Of a stretch of 64,000 nt of DNA, positions 27,400 through 36,776 are shown one piece after another. Numbering within the stretch: the first letter of the stretch is position 1; every line of letters starts with the position of its first letter. Both the position numbers and the translations under genes were made by a program. The stretch is from Acidimicrobiales bacterium (GTDB lineage: Bacteria > Actinomycetota > Acidimicrobiia > Acidimicrobiales > SZUA-35): the NCBI GenBank assembly GCA_037969565.1, contig JBBKXQ010000008.1, positions 14,527 to 78,526 of the forward strand. Reading direction: 5' to 3'. A model generated the notes under the pieces. The model had not been told where the DNA came from. It did not search any database and saw only the letters and a list, made by a program, of their open reading frames with translations.

Positions 27400-30126
27400 A
27401 TGACGACGTGGGTGTACGGGTTCGATCAGGTTGATGAGGCCGAAGCGGCCGTCGGCGGAGAGTGGGAGAGGGTCCGGGGACTTCTCGGTGGCAAGGGCGC
27501 CAACCTCGGCGACATGACGAGACTGGGTGTTCCGGTGCCTCCTGGCTTCACGCTCACCACCGAGGCATGTAATGCCTACACGGCGGCTGACGGTGAGATG
27601 CCCCCGGGTATGTGGGACGAGACCTTGGCGGCCATGGCACTTCTCGAGGAGAAGTCCGGGAAGAAATTCGGCGACGCCGTGAACCCTCTGCTCGTTGCCT
27701 GTCGGTCAGGGGCGAAGTTCTCGATGCCGGGGATGATGGACACCGTCCTCGACATCGGTTTGAACGACGAGGTCGTCGAAGCGATGATCGACGCAACTGG
27801 CGACGAGCATTTCGTACTCGACTCCTATCGGCGGCTCATTCAGATGTTCGGCGGTGTCGTTCTCGGTGTTGCCGACCAGCAGTTCGAAGGTGTTCTGGCC
27901 GGCCAACGCCACGTTCGTGGAGTGACGAGCGACGCCGAGTTGACGGTCGGCGACCTTCGTGACGTGATCGAATCCTTCAAGTCGATCGTGGCCCGGCACG
28001 GCAGTGTCCCGTTTCCAGCCGATCCGTACGAGCAACTCCGGATGGCCGTCGAGGCAGTGTTCGACAGTTGGGGCGGTAAACGAGCCCACGACTATCGGGT
28101 AGCGGCCGGCATCGCCCACGATTTGGGGACGGCCGTCAATGTCGTCGCCATGGTGTTCGGAAACATGGGGAACGACTCGGCCACCGGAGTGGCGATGAGC
28201 CGTGACGCAACGTCGGGCGAGCCCATCCTCGAGGGCGACTACTTGATCAATGCGCAGGGCGAAGACGTCGTTGCCGGTATCCGGCCGACGAAACGCATCT
28301 CTGAGCTCGCCGGTGACATGCCGAGGGTGGCCGCAGAATTCGCCGAGATCGCCAAACGACTCGAATTGCATCATCGAGACATGCAAGACATGGAGTTCAC
28401 CGTCGAACGGGGAAAGCTCTGGATTCTCCAGACGCGAGCCGGAAAACGCACCGCGCAGGCGGCGGTTCGGATCGCCGTGGACCTCGTCGAGTCCGGGCTC
28501 ATCACCAAAGAAGAGGCCGTCCTCCGCATCAGCCCGGAACAGATCGACTTCTTCCTCCACCCCCAGTTCGATCTGGGTGCGCTGGCGGCTGCACCGTTGT
28601 TGGCCAAGGGTTTGAACGTCTCGCCGGGGGCCGCGGTCGGGGTGGCCGCATTCGATCCCGATCTGGCCGAGCGATGGGCGGGCGAAGGGCGCCAAGTCAT
28701 TCTCGTACGACCGGAAACCAAACCCGATGATGTCCACGGCATGCTCGCCGCGGCCGGGATTCTCACCTCGAGCGGAGGACGCACGAGTCACGCCGCCCTG
28801 GTCGCAAGGCAATTCGGCAAACCGGCCGTGGTTGGCGCGACGGAGATCGACATCGACCTCGCGAGGAGGACCCTCACGGTGGGCGGCAACGAGATTCACG
28901 AGGGTGAGTGGCTGTCCGTTGATGGGACGACCGGCAGGGTTTACGAGGGTCAAATCGCGACGAAAGCCCCTGATGTCGAGAACCGCTGGCTTTCGACAAT
29001 CCTCGACTGGGCCGACGATTTTCGAACGCTCGGCATTCGTGCGAATGCCGACGACCCTGTGGAGGCCAAGCGGGCCCGGAACTACGGCGCCGCCGGTATC
29101 GGTCTCTGCCGCACCGAGCACATGTTCTTCGACCCGGCGCGGCTACCGATCGTGCAAGCGATGATCACGGCGGAAACGCCGGCCGAGCGGCGCGAAGCCA
29201 TTGCTGCTCTTCTGCCGCTGCAACGAGGCGACTTCGCCGGGTTGTTCCGGTCGATGGCCGGTCACCCGGTGATCATTCGACTGCTCGACCCTCCACTTCA
29301 CGAGTTCCTTCCGAGCTTCGACGATCTGATGCGACAGTCCGCCGACCTCCAGATTCGATTGATCAACGCCGCCAACCTGGCGTCGGTCGAAGAGTTGGTG
29401 GATGAGTTGGCGGCAGTCCGCAACATGATCGAACGGGTTGCGACGCTGCGAGAAACCAATCCGATGTTGGGATTGAGGGGGGTCCGTTTGGGCCTGAAGA
29501 TTCCCGAGCTCATCCGGATGCAGACGCGGGCCATCGTCGAGGCCGCGATCGAAGTGAGGCGGGAGGGCATCGATGTTCGTCCGGAGGTGATGGTGCCGCT
29601 GGTGAGTCACGCTTCGGAAATGGCGGCCGCCCGGGCGCTCATCCAGTCGGAAATGCAAGCCGTGTTCGAGGAATTCGGCGAGGAGATCGACGTACCGGTG
29701 GGAACCATGATCGAGGTTCCACGGGCCGCGCTGACGGCGGGCGAGATCGCGAAGCACGCCGACTTCTTTTCCTTCGGCACCAACGATCTCACACAGATGA
29801 CGATGGGAATGAGCCGCGACGACGCCGAGGCGAGCTTCCTGCTCGGCTATCTGGCCGATCGAGTCATCACGGCCAATCCCTTCCACACGATCGACGTGGC
29901 CGGTGTGGGTCGGCTCATCGAGATGGCGATCTCCGACGGACGTGCGACGAACCCGAACTTGACGGTTGGGATCTGCGGCGAACACGGTGGCGAACCTGCG
30001 TCGATCGCGCTCTGCCACCGTCTCGGTCTCGACTACGTCAGTTGCTCGGCCTACCGCGTCCCGGTCGCTCGACTCGCCGCGGCCCACGCCGCACTCGCCA
30101 CGGCGCCTGCCGCCGCCGATTCGTGA
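27400..30126 (+). CDS. ppdK: Pyruvate, phosphate dikinase
   Basis: MTTWVYGFDQ...LLGGKGANLGDM, phosphohistidine region GGRTSHAALVARQFGKP, C-terminal PEP-utilising TIM barrel. GAAAGG lies upstream of ATG 27400. Confidence 0.9.
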   Translation: MTTWVYGFDQVDEAEAAVGGEWERVRGLLGGKGANLGDMTRLGVPVPPGFTLTTEACNAYTAADGEMPPGMWDETLAAMALLEEKSGKKFGDAVNPLLVACRSGAKFSMPGMMDTVLDIGLNDEVVEAMIDATGDEHFVLDSYRRLIQMFGGVVLGVADQQFEGVLAGQRHVRGVTSDAELTVGDLRDVIESFKSIVARHGSVPFPADPYEQLRMAVEAVFDSWGGKRAHDYRVAAGIAHDLGTAVNVVAMVFGNMGNDSATGVAMSRDATSGEPILEGDYLINAQGEDVVAGIRPTKRISELAGDMPRVAAEFAEIAKRLELHHRDMQDMEFTVERGKLWILQTRAGKRTAQAAVRIAVDLVESGLITKEEAVLRISPEQIDFFLHPQFDLGALAAAPLLAKGLNVSPGAAVGVAAFDPDLAERWAGEGRQVILVRPETKPDDVHGMLAAAGILTSSGGRTSHAALVARQFGKPAVVGATEIDIDLARRTLTVGGNEIHEGEWLSVDGTTGRVYEGQIATKAPDVENRWLSTILDWADDFRTLGIRANADDPVEAKRARNYGAAGIGLCRTEHMFFDPARLPIVQAMITAETPAERREAIAALLPLQRGDFAGLFRSMAGHPVIIRLLDPPLHEFLPSFDDLMRQSADLQIRLINAANLASVEELVDELAAVRNMIERVATLRETNPMLGLRGVRLGLKIPELIRMQTRAIVEAAIEVRREGIDVRPEVMVPLVSHASEMAAARALIQSEMQAVFEEFGEEIDVPVGTMIEVPRAALTAGEIAKHADFFSFGTNDLTQMTMGMSRDDAEASFLLGYLADRVITANPFHTIDVAGVGRLIEMAISDGRATNPNLTVGICGEHGGEPASIALCHRLGLDYVSCSAYRVPVARLAAAHAALATAPAAADS

Positions 30127-30143
30127 TGGGCAACACCCCCGAC

Positions 30144-30590
30144 TCAGTGGAGCAAACGCCCGGTGATCTCTGTGGGATCGATCCGCACCCAAACGGGTCG
30201 CCAATCAGCACGAGCCCAGGGGATCAGACCGATCTGTTCGAGTTGGGCGATCTCAGCCCAATCGGTCACTTCTCGGGCATCACCTTTGATGACGACGCTC
30301 CAGCCGCTCCAATTGGCGGTGTTCCACTGATCGACCTCGAAACACACCTTCTGACCCCCGCTGGCCGCTGCGAGTTTCTGGCCGTCGACCGTTCGGAAGA
30401 CGATGGAGTTCTCGAACCAGGCGAAGTTGACCGGAAGGACCAGCGGCCCTTCATCAGTGACGAACCCAATGCGTCCGATCGGAGTCGACGCGCTCAGGTC
30501 GATGCACTTCTGCGGCTCGAGAACCCGCAGTGTTCCCGGCGCAGCGGGTTTCGCCTCCGTCGCTCCCGTGTCGTCGGTTCTGCTGTTCAT
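30144..30590 (-). CDS. Pyridoxamine 5-prime-phosphate oxidase (PPOX) family protein
   Basis: 148 aa from MNSRTDD; IGRIGFVTDEGPLVLPVNFAWFENSIVFRT...WSVVIKG. The remainder of the 692-aa ORF is antisense to PFOR. Confidence 0.7.
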   Translation of the reverse strand: MNSRTDDTGATEAKPAAPGTLRVLEPQKCIDLSASTPIGRIGFVTDEGPLVLPVNFAWFENSIVFRTVDGQKLAAASGGQKVCFEVDQWNTANWSGWSVVIKGDAREVTDWAEIAQLEQIGLIPWARADWRPVWVRIDPTEITGRLLH

Positions 30591-30701
30591 GATCAGTTCT
30601 CCCCGTGGTCGGCGGGCGCTGCTGGGTCCCGCAATCTTGTGATCCCAGTGAACGTCGGAGACCGCGTCGTAGTCCAGAGTCCAAGGTCCGAAAGGTGAGT
30701 C

Positions 30702-33700
30702 ATGCCCGAACATTCCAACCTCACGGTTGACCAACACATCACCGTTGACGGGAACGAGGCAGCAGCGAGGGTTGCTCATCGTGTGAGCGAGGTGATTGCC
30801 ATTTATCCCATCACGCCGGCGTCGTCGATGGGTGAACTGGCTGATGCTTGGTCGCACGCGGGCAAAGAAAATCTCTGGGGGGCGGTGCCCCACGTGGTCG
30901 AGATGCAGAGCGAGGGAGGTGCCGCAGGTACGGTGCACGGAGCGCTCCAGGTCGGTGCACTGACCACCACGTTCACGGCTTCGCAGGGTCTCCTCCTCAT
31001 GATCCCGAACCTGTACAAGATTGCGGGAGAGCTCACCCCGGCCGTGGTTCATGTGGCGGCTCGATCGATTGCCACCCATGCGCTGAGCATCTTCGGAGAT
31101 CACAGCGATGTCATGGCAGCGCGACAGACCGGAATGGCGATGCTGGCTTCCGGGTCGGTGCAGGAGGCCCAAGATCTGGCACTGATTGCCCACGCCGCAA
31201 CGCTTCGAACTCGCGTTCCGTTCCTTCACTTCTTCGACGGCTTTCGCACCAGTCACGAAGTGGCGAAGATCGTGGCTGTTCGAGACGAGGTGATGCGATC
31301 GATGATCGACGACGACCTGGTGATGGCCCATCGGCTCCGGGCGCTGAGTCCTGATGCGCCGGTGGTTCGCGGCACCGCACAGAACCCCGATGTCTTCTTT
31401 CAGGCCCGGGAGGCAGCGAACCTTTTCCACCTCGCTGTTCCGGACGCCGTGCAGGTCGAGATGGATCGGTTCGCCGCCTTGACCGGGCGGCACTATCAGC
31501 TCTTCGAATACCGGGGCCACCCGGCGGCCGAGAGGGTGGCCGTGGTGATGGGCTCCGGTGCCGGCACGGTGGTCGAAGCGGTGGAGGCGATGGCGGCGCT
31601 CGGCGAGCGGGTGGGCGTCGTGACCGTTCATCTCTATCGACCCCTCGATGTTGCCGCTCTTGTCGAGGCCCTTCCCGTGACGACTCGTCGAATCGTCGTT
31701 TTCGATCGGACGAAGGAACCTGGCTCGGCCGGTGAGCCGCTCTACCTCGATGTTGTTGCTGCGCTGGCCCAGAAGTGGAGAGGGACCCCGATTCCGGCCG
31801 TGATCGGTGCGCGGTTCGGCCTGTCGTCGAAGGAGTTCACTCCCGCGATGGTCCTCGGAGTTTTCGCCGAGCTCGCCGCCGACGAACCCCGCAGAGAGCT
31901 GACGGTCGGCATTGTCGACGATGTCACGCACCTCAGCGTCGAATACGACCCGGCAGCATGGAAAGAACCCGACTCGGTGACCCGTGCGGTCTTTTACGGC
32001 CTCGGAAGCGACGGCACCGTCGGAGCAAACAAGAACTCGGTGAAGATCATCGGGGAACTGACCCCTCTTCACGTGCAGGGCTATTTCGTCTACGACTCGA
32101 AGAAGTCTGGCTCGACGACGGTTTCCCATCTCCGGTTCGGCCCCGACCCCATCCGATCCGCCTACCTCGTACAGGAGGCGAACTTCATCGGCGTACACAA
32201 CTTCGCAGCGTTCGATCGCCAAGACGTCCTTGCCCTTGCCGCCGAGGGTGCGACGCTGCTGATCAATTCGCCTTTCTCGCTGGAGGAAACCTGGCGACGA
32301 TTGCCGGTCGAGGCGCAGGCGGTGATTGTCGAGAAGGGGCTGGCGGTCTGGGTCGTCGACGGCGGGGCCGTGGCTCGAGCCAGTGGCCTCGGGAACCGCA
32401 TCAACACGGTTCTTCAGACGTGCTTCTTCTCGTTGTCAGGGCTGCTCCCCGCCGACCAGGCAGCGGAAGCAATCAAGGCTTCCATCGCCAAGACTTACGG
32501 CAAGGGTGGCCAGATGGTGCTGAAACGGAACTTTGCCGCCGTGGACGGTGCGCTGGATGCCCTCCACCGTCTCACCGTGCCGGACGATGTTGGTGACGCA
32601 CACCGTCGCCCAGCACCCGTCCCGACCGCGGCTCCAGACTTCGTGCAGAGGGTCACCGCCAGAATCATCGCCGGCGATGGCGATCTGCTTCCGGTCAGTG
32701 CCCTGCCGGTCGACGGTACCTTCCCAACCGGAACGGCTCGGTGGGAAAAGCGCTCGATCGCATCGGAGATTCCGATCTGGGATCCGGAGATTTGCATCGA
32801 CTGTGCCCGATGTGCGCTGGTTTGTCCCCATGCCGCCATTCGCCTCAAGGTCGTGTCCGTCGAACAAGTGGCAGATGCGCCGTCGAGCTTTCGCCACAAA
32901 CATTTCAAGGAGACGAAACCGGGTGACGGGGCCGGCCCGGAACGGCGGGCCATCATCCAGGTGGCGCCTGATGACTGCACCGGTTGTGGCGTCTGCGTGA
33001 GCATCTGCCCGGCGAAGAGCAAGGAGGCCGTCAAGCACAAGGCGATCAACATGGAGGCGATTGCCCCGAACCTCGAAGACGAGCGAGTGAACTTCGACTA
33101 CTTCCTCGGCTTGCCCGAGCACGATCGCGTCACCTTGAAACTCGATTCGGTGAAGGGTTCACAGCTGGCCCAACCGCTCTTCGAATTCTCCGGGGCGTGT
33201 GCGGGGTGTGGGGAAACGCCCTACCTCAAGTTGCTCACCCAACTGATGGGCGATCGCCTCGTCATCGCCAATGCAACCGGTTGCTCGTCGATCTATGGCG
33301 GGAACCTGCCGACAACCCCATGGACCGTTGATCGAGACGGTCGAGGGCCGGCCTGGGCGAACTCGTTGTTCGAAGACAATGCCGAGTTCGGTCTCGGGAT
33401 GCGGCTCGGACTCGATCACCACAACGCTTCGGCCCGCCATCTTCTCGGCGAGCTCGCTGGAGAAATCGGACCCGTGGCGCTGGAGATACTGGAGAACGAA
33501 CAGGCCGACGAGTCGGGCATCGCCCGACAACGAGCGCTGGTCGCAGAATTGCGATCGTGGCTGCACTCCAATCCGGGCCCACTCGCCGATCGACTCGCGT
33601 CACTTGCCGAGCATCTCGTCACGCGCTCGGTTTGGCTCGTCGGCGGTGATGGCTGGGCTTACGACATCGGCTTCGGAGGCGTTGATCACGTGCTCGCCTC

Positions 33701-34307
33701 GGGCAGTGACGTGAACATCCTCGTGCTCGATACCGAGGTCTACTCGAACACCGGTGGCCAAACGTCCAAGTCGACTCCTCGAGCCGCCATCGCGAAGTTC
33801 TCGGCCGGCGGCAAAACCACGGCGAAGAAGGACATCGGCATGATCGCCATGGCCTACGGAGACGTCTATGTCGCCCACATCGCCATGGGAGCGAACATGA
33901 CTCAAACGGTGAAAGCGCTCGCCGAAGCCGCAGCCCACCCGGGGCCATCGCTGGTGATTGCCTACAGCCCCTGCATTGCTCACGGCATCGACATGAGCGA
34001 CATGATGGGGCATCAGAAGATGGCGGCCGACAGTGGTTACTGGCCCTTGTATCGCTACGACCCGAGACTTGAAGCCGAGGGTGAGCGGGGCCTCCGTCTC
34101 GACAGCCGCAAGCCCACGATTCCGTTCAAGGAGTTCGCTGCTTCCGAAGCACGGTTCTCGATGCTCGAGAGACTGAACCCGGAGGTGGCGGTCGAGCTGT
34201 TCTCGGCGGCTCAGCGCGACATCGACGATCGTTGGCATCTCTACGAGCAGATGGTCGATGTCGAACGAACGGCCCAATACGGAATTCTCGAGGAGGAAGA
34301 GTCATGA
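30702..34307 (+). CDS. nifJ: Pyruvate:ferredoxin (flavodoxin) oxidoreductase, single-chain NifJ type
   Basis: 1201 aa. Ferredoxin-domain cysteines CIDCARCALVCP and CTGCGVCVSICP; ThDP motif GGDGWAYDIGFGG. Confidence 0.9.
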   Translation: MPEHSNLTVDQHITVDGNEAAARVAHRVSEVIAIYPITPASSMGELADAWSHAGKENLWGAVPHVVEMQSEGGAAGTVHGALQVGALTTTFTASQGLLLMIPNLYKIAGELTPAVVHVAARSIATHALSIFGDHSDVMAARQTGMAMLASGSVQEAQDLALIAHAATLRTRVPFLHFFDGFRTSHEVAKIVAVRDEVMRSMIDDDLVMAHRLRALSPDAPVVRGTAQNPDVFFQAREAANLFHLAVPDAVQVEMDRFAALTGRHYQLFEYRGHPAAERVAVVMGSGAGTVVEAVEAMAALGERVGVVTVHLYRPLDVAALVEALPVTTRRIVVFDRTKEPGSAGEPLYLDVVAALAQKWRGTPIPAVIGARFGLSSKEFTPAMVLGVFAELAADEPRRELTVGIVDDVTHLSVEYDPAAWKEPDSVTRAVFYGLGSDGTVGANKNSVKIIGELTPLHVQGYFVYDSKKSGSTTVSHLRFGPDPIRSAYLVQEANFIGVHNFAAFDRQDVLALAAEGATLLINSPFSLEETWRRLPVEAQAVIVEKGLAVWVVDGGAVARASGLGNRINTVLQTCFFSLSGLLPADQAAEAIKASIAKTYGKGGQMVLKRNFAAVDGALDALHRLTVPDDVGDAHRRPAPVPTAAPDFVQRVTARIIAGDGDLLPVSALPVDGTFPTGTARWEKRSIASEIPIWDPEICIDCARCALVCPHAAIRLKVVSVEQVADAPSSFRHKHFKETKPGDGAGPERRAIIQVAPDDCTGCGVCVSICPAKSKEAVKHKAINMEAIAPNLEDERVNFDYFLGLPEHDRVTLKLDSVKGSQLAQPLFEFSGACAGCGETPYLKLLTQLMGDRLVIANATGCSSIYGGNLPTTPWTVDRDGRGPAWANSLFEDNAEFGLGMRLGLDHHNASARHLLGELAGEIGPVALEILENEQADESGIARQRALVAELRSWLHSNPGPLADRLASLAEHLVTRSVWLVGGDGWAYDIGFGGVDHVLASGSDVNILVLDTEVYSNTGGQTSKSTPRAAIAKFSAGGKTTAKKDIGMIAMAYGDVYVAHIAMGANMTQTVKALAEAAAHPGPSLVIAYSPCIAHGIDMSDMMGHQKMAADSGYWPLYRYDPRLEAEGERGLRLDSRKPTIPFKEFAASEARFSMLERLNPEVAVELFSAAQRDIDDRWHLYEQMVDVERTAQYGILEEEES

Positions 34308-35314
34308 CCGATCTCACGACCAAGTACCTGGGGCTGACGCTGCCTCATCCCATCGTTGCATCGGCCTCTCCGCTCACCGGCTCGCTGCCATCGCTGCTGG
34401 CGCTCGAGGCGGCCGGGGCCGCAGCCGTTGTGCTGCCGTCGCTCTTCGAGGAGCAGGTGGAACATGACGCGCTGGCCCTCCACCATTCGTTGGGATACGG
34501 GAACGAGTCCAATCCCGAGGCGCAGGAGGGTTATTTCCCCGAACTCGATTCCTACAACTCCGGCGCCGATGACTACGTGGCGCTTCTGGCCCAGGCGAAG
34601 GCCGAGCTTCGAATCCCGGTGATTGCGAGTTTGAACGGCGTGTCCGACGGTGGCTGGACCACCTACGCGACGGTTCTCGAAGGTGCCGGCGCCGATGCGT
34701 TGGAGCTGAACATCTATCACATCGCCACTGATCCTGATCGCACCAGCCTGCAGGTCGAAGATGGCTACCTGCAGCTGGTGGAATCGGTGCGGTCGGTCAT
34801 CGATATCCCGCTGGCGGTGAAGATCGGACCGACGTTCAGTTCCCCCGCGAACATGGCGCAACGGCTGGCCGGCGTCGGTGCCGACGGCCTCGTCCTGTTC
34901 AACCGCTTCTACCAACCCGACATCGATCTCGAGACGCTCGCCGTCGGGCCGGACCTCGTCCTCAGCTCGTCGTCGGAGATGCGGTTCGTCCTGCGCTGGA
35001 TCGCCATCATGCGAGGAAGGGTTGCCGCCGATCTTGCCGCAACCAGCGGCGTTCACCATGCTGACGATGTGGTGAAGCTCATCCTGGCCGGCGCCGACGT
35101 GACGATGATGACGTCGGCCCTGCTACAAAACGGGATCGGCCATCTCGATACGGTTCTGAGCGGGGTGCGCAGCTGGTTCGAGGACCGCAGCTACGCCTCA
35201 CTCGACCAGGCTCGAGGAAGTGTGAGCCTCGAGTCGGTTCCCGATCCCTCGGCCTTCGAGCGGGCCAACTACATGAAAACGCTCACCTCGTACGTCCCCA
35301 GCCCTGCCTCGTGA
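34304..35314 (+). CDS. Dihydroorotate dehydrogenase-like TIM-barrel flavoprotein
   Basis: MTDLTTKYLGLTLPHPIVASASPLTG...LELNIY...LAVKIGP...LVLFNRF. ATGA overlap with the PFOR stop. Confidence 0.65.
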   Translation: MTDLTTKYLGLTLPHPIVASASPLTGSLPSLLALEAAGAAAVVLPSLFEEQVEHDALALHHSLGYGNESNPEAQEGYFPELDSYNSGADDYVALLAQAKAELRIPVIASLNGVSDGGWTTYATVLEGAGADALELNIYHIATDPDRTSLQVEDGYLQLVESVRSVIDIPLAVKIGPTFSSPANMAQRLAGVGADGLVLFNRFYQPDIDLETLAVGPDLVLSSSSEMRFVLRWIAIMRGRVAADLAATSGVHHADDVVKLILAGADVTMMTSALLQNGIGHLDTVLSGVRSWFEDRSYASLDQARGSVSLESVPDPSAFERANYMKTLTSYVPSPAS

Positions 35315-35361
35315 ACCCTCGAGGCAGGGCTGGGAGGCAGGGCTGGTGATAGGTCTGGTGA

Positions 35362-35775
35362 TCAGGTCCCGGGGACCTTGCGTCCGGTGACCTTGGTGGG
35401 AACGATTCTGATGTAGCGATGTTTGATCCCGTCGGCCCAGGGCTCTACTCGGAGCTCGTCGGCCTCCAGAAGGTCTTCGAGACGTTCGATCTCGCCGGCG
35501 GTCCCGTGAACGACCACACTCCAGCCGGTCTTCCTCATGTCGTCGAGTGCATCGACTTCGAACGCCACACCGTCGCCCAACGTGGCGGCGGCCAGCTTCA
35601 AGCCAGGGGCGGTGAGCACCACAATCGTCTCGTTGTCGATGCGGTAGTTCACGGGAAAGATGTCGGGTTTGTTCTTGACGGACACGGCGAGACGTCCGAC
35701 CGTTCTCGCCGCGAGTAGCCGCCAACATTCGTCCTCGGTCAGCTCCTCCAGGCCGGTGTTCAGTTGCTTGCTCAT
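35362..35775 (-). CDS. PPOX family protein
   Basis: LTEDECWRLLAARTVGRLAVSV...IFPVNY...GWSVVVHG, same family pattern as 30144-30590. Confidence 0.7.
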   Translation of the reverse strand: MSKQLNTGLEELTEDECWRLLAARTVGRLAVSVKNKPDIFPVNYRIDNETIVVLTAPGLKLAAATLGDGVAFEVDALDDMRKTGWSVVVHGTAGEIERLEDLLEADELRVEPWADGIKHRYIRIVPTKVTGRKVPGT

Positions 35776-35802
35776 GTCCGTTCCTTTCGGAGTTGATGTT
35801 GG

Positions 35803-36312
35803 TCAGGTGAAGATGATGTGGCCTCCAGCGGCCATCTCGTAGAACTCGCCGACAGTGATGATCTCGTCGAGTTCGTCGATGAGGTCATCCTTCGTGAGGT
35901 GGAAGAGATCGACTGAAGCAAGGCAGCCATAGAGCCCAGCGCCGGTATCGGAAATCATCTCGACGAACTCCGGAATCGTGGGGATGTCGAGTTCCTCGAT
36001 CTGATGTTCCATGTACTTCGTCATCAACGACGAGACGCCGGGTAACCCGCCGGCCCATGTTGGGATGTGCAGCCCTGGGTTTCCCACCGTCGCCACCTTC
36101 ACATGGTCCTGACGCTTCTTGTGCACAGCGTCGAGGCCGAAAAAGGTGAAGAACAGGTTGACCTCGATGCCTTCGGCTCGGGCCCCGTTGGCCATGATGA
36201 GACCGGGGTAGATCTCTTCGAGCGAACCCTTCGAAATGATGATGGAAACCTTCTCGATGGTCTCTTTCTTTGCCGCGGTCTCTGAAGTGACCCCGGTGAT
36301 GGTGTCAGTCAT
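35803..36312 (-). CDS. DsrE/DsrF-like sulfur-relay family protein
   Basis: Starts MTDTITGV after AAAGGAA; KVSIIISKGSLEE...NLFFTFFGLD...GLYGCLASVDLF. An alternative Met lies at 36342. Confidence 0.6.
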   Translation of the reverse strand: MTDTITGVTSETAAKKETIEKVSIIISKGSLEEIYPGLIMANGARAEGIEVNLFFTFFGLDAVHKKRQDHVKVATVGNPGLHIPTWAGGLPGVSSLMTKYMEHQIEELDIPTIPEFVEMISDTGAGLYGCLASVDLFHLTKDDLIDELDEIITVGEFYEMAAGGHIIFT

Positions 36313-36385
36313 GTGGATGTTCCTTTCGTTCGTGTTCGTCATTGGGTGACGGTGTTGGTGAAGTCGGTGTTGACGATCGAGTGGA

Positions 36386-36706
36386 TCAGACGCAGCCGCG
36401 AGGCTTCGGAATCCCGGCACAGCGGGCGGCGAGCTTCGCCGGACCCTTGGGGAACAACAGGTAGAGCTCTTTCACGGTGACGCCGGAACTCTTGCCGAGT
36501 TTGCGCACCGTGGGTCCGGTGCCCTTCTCGAAGTATTCCTTGCGCATGAAATCGAGGACCTGCCAGTGCTTGTCTGTGAGTGGTGTCGGTACTCCCGACT
36601 CGATGGCCAGCTCGGTGGCCATCTCTCTGGTCCATTGGTTGGGGTCGATGAAGAAGCCTTCTTCGTTGAGTTCGACCTGGGTGTTTGCAAGTGTTCGGAC
36701 GGTCAT
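36386..36706 (-). CDS. TusE/DsrC/DsvC family sulfur-relay protein
   Basis: 106 aa; LNEEGFFIDPNQWTRE...HWQVLDFMRKEY, and a C-terminus ...AARCAGIPKPRGCV with the penultimate Cys. Confidence 0.75.
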   Translation of the reverse strand: MTVRTLANTQVELNEEGFFIDPNQWTREMATELAIESGVPTPLTDKHWQVLDFMRKEYFEKGTGPTVRKLGKSSGVTVKELYLLFPKGPAKLAARCAGIPKPRGCV

Positions 36707-36776
36707 TTCGCTTTCCTTTTTGAATTTTCTGTGGATCGAGTCTTGATGGAATCGAGTGGGCGGAACTGCGGCCGGC

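Noticed and set aside
30621-30690. GGGTCC-N11-GATCCC and GAGTCCAAGGTCCG in the PPOX/PFOR divergent region, considered as further DosR-like boxes. Also 51949-51968 upstream of the USP at 51931, and 26083-26096 upstream of the flavodoxin gene.
   Set aside because: Half-site spacing or sequence departs from the 14-bp pattern, and the positions do not fit the 42.5-nt phasing. They are kept only as weak look-alikes mentioned under the motif finding.
30591-32222. Upstream 540+ aa of the 692-aa minus-strand ORF (30144..32222). Similar long ORFs occur at 27706..29121, 48996..50126, 62177..63382, 33600..34277 and 22174..23154.
   Set aside because: They run antisense to or overlap genes with clear family signatures (PFOR, PPDK, acyl-CoA synthetase, histidine kinase). 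Their translations are Arg/Pro/Gly-rich with no motifs. Such shadow ORFs are expected in high-GC DNA.
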